Of a stretch of DNA of 64,000 nt, positions 58,348 to 64,000 are shown piece by piece. The DNA lies in contig OZ257142.1 of assembly GCA_965279035.1 (NCBI GenBank), positions 1,440,001 through 1,504,000 of the forward strand. Direction: 5' to 3'. Every line of letters starts with the position of its first letter. The stretch's first letter is position 1. The notes beneath the pieces are model-generated. The model was not told the origin of the DNA. It did no database searches and worked only from the letters and a program-made list of their open reading frames with translations. The DNA is from Bacteroidia bacterium (GTDB lineage Bacteria > Bacteroidota > Bacteroidia > M30B66). The position numbers and the translations under genes were made by a program.

Positions 58348-61300
58348 TTATTGCTTGATTAGCTTAATACTTTTCGAATCGTTCGTTTGCAAGTAATAAA
58401 CACCATTGCTGTATTTTTCCAACTGAAGTACATAGCTGTTTTGTACCATAAAGCTTTCCAATAATTGTCCTAAAGAATTGTACAAACGAACCTGACTTGG
58501 GCGTCCACATTCAATGTTCACTTTATCCATCGTTGGATTTGGATACACATTCAATCCTTTTATTGCCGTAGCGTTCTCCATTCCTAAAATCGTCATCGTA
58601 ACACAACTCGAAGTATCAACACATCCTAAAAGATATACTTTCACCGCATAATCACCCGTACTTACTGCCGTAAAACTTTGATTCGTTTCTCCTGAAATTG
58701 GTGCATAAGCTGCTACGCAATCGAGCCACTGATAAGAAGCTCCTGCTTGATTCGCTGTAATCGTATTATTCAACACTGTAGTCGAAATATCAGGTGAATT
58801 TATACTCACATTCATCGTTTGAGCTATACTTGCTCCACATGAATTGACCGCACTCACACTCAGAATTCCTCCTGATGTTCCACTTTGTACCGAAATCACA
58901 TCTGTACTCGAAGATCCTGTCCAACCGAAAGGTAAATTCCAAGTATACGAACTTGCTCCCGAAACCGGAGTAATGCTGTATGTATACGATGATGCCCTAC
59001 ATACACTTACGTTTCCACTAATACTACTTGGCTGACTAGGCGCACTTTCTCCCGTAACATTTAATGTTTGTGCTGTTGAAGTACCACACGTACCGTTTGC
59101 ACTTACACTAACAATTCCGCTTCCAGCACTGAGTGAGTTTATGATATTGGTTGGTGAAGTTCCTGTCCAGCCATTGGGTAAAGTCCATGTGTACGAAGTG
59201 GCGCCACTTACCGGAACAACAGAATAAGTCACCAATAAACCAACACAGTAATTGCTCGGACCGCTGATTGTTCCTGGTTGAGCAGGACCTGCATCCGGAG
59301 CAACTGATAATGTTTGTGCAAGCGAACTACCGCATGTGCTATTTGAACTAACCGATATTATTCCCGCTACCGATCCAATCGTATTGATACTTGTGGTACT
59401 TGATGTTCCTGTCCAACCATTAGGCAAAGTCCAAGTATAGGATGTTGCGCCACTTACAGCCGCAATGCTATACGTAAGCGATTGACCTAAACAATAACTG
59501 CTGCTTCCAGAAATACTTCCCGGTTGTGCCGGAGTTGCATTCGGACTAACTGTTAACGTTTGTGCTGTAGAACTTCCGCAACTTCCATTCGCAGTCACGC
59601 TAACAATTCCACCATTTGCACCTGCTGTTGCATTGATGCTCGTTGTAGTGGAGGTTCCAGTCCAGCCGTTTGGTAATGTCCACGTATACGATGTTGCACC
59701 ACCTACGGTCGAAATACTATAAGTAATCGCATCTCCTTGGCAAAAGCTTGAACTACCTGTAATTGCGCCCGGTTGTGCAGGAGTACTGTTCGGACTAACA
59801 GTTAAAGTTTGAGCTGTAGAACTTCCGCAACTACCATTTGCAGTCACGCTTATAATTCCTCCATTAGCTCCTGCCGTAGCATTGATGCTTGTTGTAGTAG
59901 ATGTTCCTGTCCAGCCGTTTGGTAATGTCCATGTATACGACGTTGCACCACTAATGGCTGAAATGCTATAAGTGAGCGCATTTCCTTGGCAGAAAGTTGT
60001 GCTTCCTATTATTGCTCCTGGTTGAGGTAAGGTGCTGTTCGGTGTTACATTTAAGAACTGTGCGCTACTGCTTCCGCATGCACTATTAGCCGTTACACTG
60101 ATATTTCCTCCATTCGCTCCTGCAATTGCTGTAATGCTTGTTGTTGTAGAAGTTCCAGTCCAGCCGTTTGGTAAAGTCCAAGTATAAGAACTTGCTCCAC
60201 TAACAGCCGAAATGCTGTATGTAAGCGAATTACCCTGACAGAATGTAGTGCTTCCAGTAATACTTCCCGGTTGCGCCGGTGGATTATTCGCATTCACTGT
60301 TAAGGTTTGAATGGCTGATGCTCCACAACTGTTATTAGCTGTTACGGTAATATTTCCAGCTGTGCTTGATGGTGTTGTCGTAATGCTATTTGTAGTTGAA
60401 GTACCTGTCCATCCATTCGGCAACGTCCAAGTATACGAAGTTGCACCACTTACTGCAGAAACACTGTATTGCTGAGAAACTCCATTACAGAATGTAACAC
60501 TTCCCGTTATTGCTCCCGGTTGATTTGGAACATTACTTACCGTAAGAACTGTATTCGATGAATTAGCCGTTGAAGTCGTTAAACAACTAGCATTTGAAGT
60601 AATGCTTACTGTGATCACATCATTATTATTCAACGAAGTGCTACTATAAGTGCTCTGGTCATTTCCGACAGTATTCCCATTGAGTTTCCATTGATAGCTT
60701 GGAGATAATCCTCCATTGATCACATTGGCTGTAAACGTTACAGATGTTCCAAAACAAATTGTTGTACTTGGTGATGCACTAACTGTAACTGCTGGTGTCA
60801 AAGCTGGATTCACTGTCATTGTGATGCTATTCGAAGTAGCTGGATTCGTTCCAACACAAGGAACATCTGAAGTCATCACACACGTAACAATTGCATTATT
60901 CGTTAAGCTACTGCTGCTAAATGTTGCACTGTTTGTTCCCACATTGCTGCCATTTACTTTCCACTGATAACTAGCATTTCCACCATTTACAGGTGTTGCA
61001 GTAAACGTAACTGAAGTTCCCGCGCAAATAGCTCCACTTGGACTAGAACTAATACTTACCGAAGCATTGGTTGCTGCAGGTGTAACATTCACTTGAACTG
61101 TATCAGCCAAAATACATCCTGCATTGTTCGATTGCACAATGTATTGAGTCGAAGCCGTTGGACTTGCAATAGGATTGTAAATAGTAGATGAATTCAATCC
61201 TGTAGCTGGCGTCCACGAATAATTACTTCCGCCTGTAGCAACTAATTGAACATTCTGTCCCGGACATAAAGTCGTTAATGCTGGTGCTGCAACTAAAGCT

Positions 61301-64000
61301 CCTGGTAAAATAGTAAAGTACGCATCCGATAAATCATAATTAGTCAAACTACCCGCTTGCCTTACACGCAAGAGCACCGTGGATGAATTGATGTTTGGAA
61401 CAACCCAACTGTATTGATGACTGGTGGTAGCATAATTGGTCACAATGGCTATCCAAGTTGATCCACCATTCGTTGAATAATGCAAATCGTAAGTTCCGTA
61501 AGTACTTGTCTCGTTCCAAGTCACCAGTTTATTGGTACATCCATGCAGTGTATCGCTAATTCCATTGGGTGTTTGAAGGGTAATTGGAGGAGCTGATGAA
61601 CTAATGATGAATGCGATATCGGACGTGTCTGATTTACAATTATTCACATTATCACGCACCCAAATACGACAGTTGCTTGATGGCAAATTCGGAACGTTCC
61701 ATGAATACGTATTGTTCGAAGTATTGTATCCCATCACAATGTTTGTAAAGCTCGTTCCTCCATTGGTCGAATAAAAGATGTCATACAAATTCGAAATTCC
61801 ATCCGATGTCCATTGGATATTGTAATTCGTTCCAACCTGCATGATTCCTCCAAAATTCGGTTGGATAATCGTTACTGGTTTGCGAATCGTAAAGGTATTG
61901 TCCGATTGATCTGCATATTGCGAATACGAAGTTGGATAAACTCGAACAAGTGTTGGAACATTGTTGAGGTTTGGCATGGTCCAATTATACGTCGCTGGAT
62001 TCGCAGAAGTGTTCCAACTCGAAACGATAATATTCCAAGTGCTTCCTCCATTGGTCGAATATTCAATGCGATAATTACTCCAAGCTGGCGAGCGATCAAA
62101 GGTTATCGAGGTAATCGTACATCCTCCCCAAAGTGTTGTTCCATCATCTCCATTCGGTGTGATAATGGTTACCGCTGGTTTAATCGTAAATACTGCATCC
62201 GAAACATCCACAACCGATAAATCCTGATAGTTAGAAATACGCACCAAAGCTGTTGTACTCGAAACATTCGGACAAGTCCAATAATAATATCCATTGTTTG
62301 ATGAGCCATTCGTGATATTGGTCCAAGTCAATCCACCATCCAACGAATAATCTAATCGAACATAGTTGTATATCGTGCTTTGTGTCCACGTAATTTGATA
62401 ATCCATTCCCGAATAATACGTCTCACCACCATTAGGTGTTAAGAGAATCGGTGTAGCTGGAACAATGGTAAAATTGGCATTGGAAATATCGAACTTACAG
62501 GTGTTTTGATAATCAATCACCTTAACCAAACACTGAGTTGACGGGTTATTGGGAACGCTCCATGTGTATGAATTTCCAGTGATGTTCGATACGATGTTGT
62601 TCCAAGACGAACCAGCGTTGGTTGAATACTGCAAAGTATAATATCCCGAAGCCGAAGGCAGATTCGTCCAGGTGATGGTGTGAGAAGAAAGTCCAACCCA
62701 AGATTCACCACCGTTTGGAGAAGTAACAGTGATGTCGTTGGAAGGAATGATGTTGAATACCGCATTCGATTGATCGGTGATGTAGTTGTAGGAATATCCG
62801 CGCACGCGAATGAGCGCTTGGGAAGAAGTAATTCCGTTTGGAACTGTCCAATTATACGTTTGATTTGGACTGCCATTATCGCTCGGATTAGCAATATCGG
62901 TCCAAGTAGAACCATTGTTGGTCGAGTAGGCAATGTTCCAAGTTCCAACACAATAGGATTTAGTCCAAGCAATGGTGGCAGTGGCACAACCCACCAATGT
63001 TTCACCTCCGTTGGGATAGGTAACTGAAACAGGTGGTGCAATGGTAAAAGTCGCATTGGACACATCCGAAACAGAAAGATCTTGGTAGTTCGAAAGTCGG
63101 ATCAAACACTGAGTAGAAGCAGAAATGGTCAATGGAACACTCCAATAGTAATATCCATTGTTTGAAGAACCGTTGGTGATGTTTACCCAAGTTGAACCAT
63201 TATCGAGCGAATAATCTAATCGAACATAGTTGTATATCGTGCTTTGCGTCCACGTAATTTGATAATCGCAACCTACTTGCAAAGTCTCGCCACCATTAGG
63301 CGTTAAGAGAATGGGCGTAGCTGGAACAATGGTAAAATTGGCATTGGAAATATCGAACTTACAGGTGTTTTGATAATCAATCACCTTAACCAAACACTGC
63401 GTTGATGGGTTGTTAGGAACGCTCCACGTGTAGGAATTTCCGGTGATGTTCGATACGATGTTGTTCCAAGACGAACCTGCATTGGTTGAATATTGCAAAG
63501 TATAATATCCCGAAGCCGAAGGTAGATTCGTCCAGGTGATGGTGTGAGAAGAAAGTCCAACCCAAGATTCACCACCGTTGGGTGATGTTACTGTAATGTC
63601 GTTGGAAGGAATGATGTTGAATACCGAATTAGATTGATCGGTGATGTAGTTGTAGGAATATCCGCGCACGCGAATGAGTGCTTGGGAAGAAGAAATTCCG
63701 TTTGGAACTGTCCAATTATACGTTTGATTTGGACTGCCATTATCGCTCGGATTAGCAATATCGGTCCAAGTAGAACCATTGTTGGTCGAGTAGGCAATGT
63801 TCCAAGTTCCGACGCAATAGGATTTCGTCCAAGCAATGGTAGCAGTTGCACAACCCACCAATGTTTCACCTCCGTTGGGATAGGTAACAGTAACGGGCGG
63901 AGCAATGGTAAAAGTCGCATCGGACACATCCGAAACTGAAAGATCTTGATAGTTCGAAAGACGAATCAAGCACTGTGTAGAAGCAGAAATAGTAAGCGGA
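58348..64000 (-). CDS. Very large T9SS-secreted repeat surface protein (PNGGE Ig-like repeats + PKD-like repeats), 5' end beyond window
   Basis: More than 1873 aa, open to the window edge; many 'PNGGE...W...YSTN.G.TW' domains; 7 'QPG.I.G....C.G...Y....[13 protein letters not shown]' repeats; CTD 'VYPNPT..LYNSLGQ..NGVYYL'. Confidence 0.88.
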   Translation of the reverse strand, partial: PLTISASTQCLIRLSNYQDLSVSDVSDATFTIAPPVTVTYPNGGETLVGCATATIAWTKSYCVGTWNIAYSTNNGSTWTDIANPSDNGSPNQTYNWTVPNGISSSQALIRVRGYSYNYITDQSNSVFNIIPSNDITVTSPNGGESWVGLSSHTITWTNLPSASGYYTLQYSTNAGSSWNNIVSNITGNSYTWSVPNNPSTQCLVKVIDYQNTCKFDISNANFTIVPATPILLTPNGGETLQVGCDYQITWTQSTIYNYVRLDYSLDNGSTWVNITNGSSNNGYYYWSVPLTISASTQCLIRLSNYQDLSVSDVSNATFTIAPPVSVTYPNGGETLVGCATATIAWTKSYCVGTWNIAYSTNNGSTWTDIANPSDNGSPNQTYNWTVPNGITSSQALIRVRGYSYNYITDQSNAVFNIIPSNDITVTSPNGGESWVGLSSHTITWTNLPSASGYYTLQYSTNAGSSWNNIVSNITGNSYTWSVPNNPSTQCLVKVIDYQNTCKFDISNANFTIVPATPILLTPNGGETYYSGMDYQITWTQSTIYNYVRLDYSLDGGLTWTNITNGSSNNGYYYWTCPNVSSTTALVRISNYQDLSVVDVSDAVFTIKPAVTIITPNGDDGTTLWGGCTITSITFDRSPAWSNYRIEYSTNGGSTWNIIVSSWNTSANPATYNWTMPNLNNVPTLVRVYPTSYSQYADQSDNTFTIRKPVTIIQPNFGGIMQVGTNYNIQWTSDGISNLYDIFYSTNGGTSFTNIVMGYNTSNNTYSWNVPNLPSSNCRIWVRDNVNNCKSDTSDIAFIISSSAPPITLQTPNGISDTLHGCTNKLVTWNETSTYGTYDLHYSTNGGSTWIAIVTNYATTSHQYSWVVPNINSSTVLLRVRQAGSLTNYDLSDAYFTILPGALVAAPALTTLCPGQNVQLVATGGSNYSWTPATGLNSSTIYNPIASPTASTQYIVQSNNAGCILADTVQVNVTPAATNASVSISSSPSGAICAGTSVTFTATPVNGGNASYQWKVNGSNVGTNSATFSSSSLTNNAIVTCVMTSDVPCVGTNPATSNSITMTVNPALTPAVTVSASPSTTICFGTSVTFTANVINGGLSPSYQWKLNGNTVGNDQSTYSSTSLNNNDVITVSITSNASCLTTSTANSSNTVLTVSNVPNQPGAITGSVTFCNGVSQQYSVSAVSGATSYTWTLPNGWTGTSTTNSITTTPSSTAGNITVTANNSCGASAIQTLTVNANNPPAQPGSITGSTTFCQGNSLTYSISAVSGASSYTWTLPNGWTGTSTTTSITAIAGANGGNISVTANSACGSSSAQFLNVTPNSTLPQPGAIIGSTTFCQGNALTYSISAISGATSYTWTLPNGWTGTSTTTSINATAGANGGIISVTANGSCGSSTAQTLTVSPNSTPAQPGAITGSSSFCQGDAITYSISTVGGATSYTWTLPNGWTGTSTTTSINATAGANGGIVSVTANGSCGSSTAQTLTVSPNATPAQPGSISGSSSYCLGQSLTYSIAAVSGATSYTWTLPNGWTGTSSTTSINTIGSVAGIISVSSNSTCGSSLAQTLSVAPDAGPAQPGTISGPSNYCVGLLVTYSVVPVSGATSYTWTLPNGWTGTSPTNIINSLSAGSGIVSVSANGTCGTSTAQTLNVTGESAPSQPSSISGNVSVCRASSYTYSITPVSGASSYTWNLPFGWTGSSSTDVISVQSGTSGGILSVSAVNSCGASIAQTMNVSINSPDISTTVLNNTITANQAGASYQWLDCVAAYAPISGETNQSFTAVSTGDYAVKVYLLGCVDTSSCVTMTILGMENATAIKGLNVYPNPTMDKVNIECGRPSQVRLYNSLGQLLESFMVQNSYVLQLEKYSNGVYYLQTNDSKSIKLIKQ
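62344..64000. repeat. Intragenic 864-bp near-identical tandem duplication
   Basis: Matching anchors 864 bp apart (62344/63208, 62467/63331, 63061/63925); the encoded 288-aa units are almost identical. Confidence 0.9.

Noticed and set aside
61781-63939. Repeated alternate-frame ORFs (62517-63065, 63588-63929, 62680-63027, 63634-63939)
   Set aside because: They recur only because of the 864-bp duplication in the main gene.
62344-64000. DGR template/variable repeat pair
   Set aside because: Both copies are in frame within one gene, differences are mostly synonymous and not adenine-specific, and no reverse transcriptase is in the window.

Overview
A 64-kb chromosomal segment of an AT-rich Bacteroidota bacterium, judged from several T9SS C-terminal sorting domains, TAnnTTTG -7 promoter boxes and lipoproteins. 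I saw no rRNA, tRNA, CRISPR array or intact transposase/integrase. In order: a truncated secreted vanadium-haloperoxidase-like gene; a TetR-(ACP-like ORF)-TolC-MFP-RND efflux operon with three operator-like palindromes; a prolyl oligopeptidase operon; a nonsense-disrupted GIY-YIG gene bracketed by two REP-like elements with tandemly amplified arms; a visibly more AT-rich ~10-kb stress/signalling block (AraC, hybrid kinase, receivers, DUF4142, GH130, GT4 fusion, PA2169-like); a TolB-amidohydrolase; a SulP-porin-DabA-DabB inorganic-carbon uptake cluster with a sigma-54-like promoter and a structured leader; U32/ferredoxin; a peptidase-flanked cluster with a T9SS-secreted cytochrome c/copper type II monooxygenase fusion, an FNR-like reductase and a secreted beta-propeller; an MFS; a VTC-DUF4956-DUF2490 operon; two convergent Flavo-1-like structured elements; and large T9SS repeat proteins, the last truncated by the window edge and carrying a recent 864-bp internal duplication. 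The best novelty candidates are the heme/Cu monooxygenase cluster, the SulP-porin-DAB cluster and its leader, the GT4/GH130 stress block, and the GIY-YIG/REP element. All family calls are motif recognition by eye; no database search was run.
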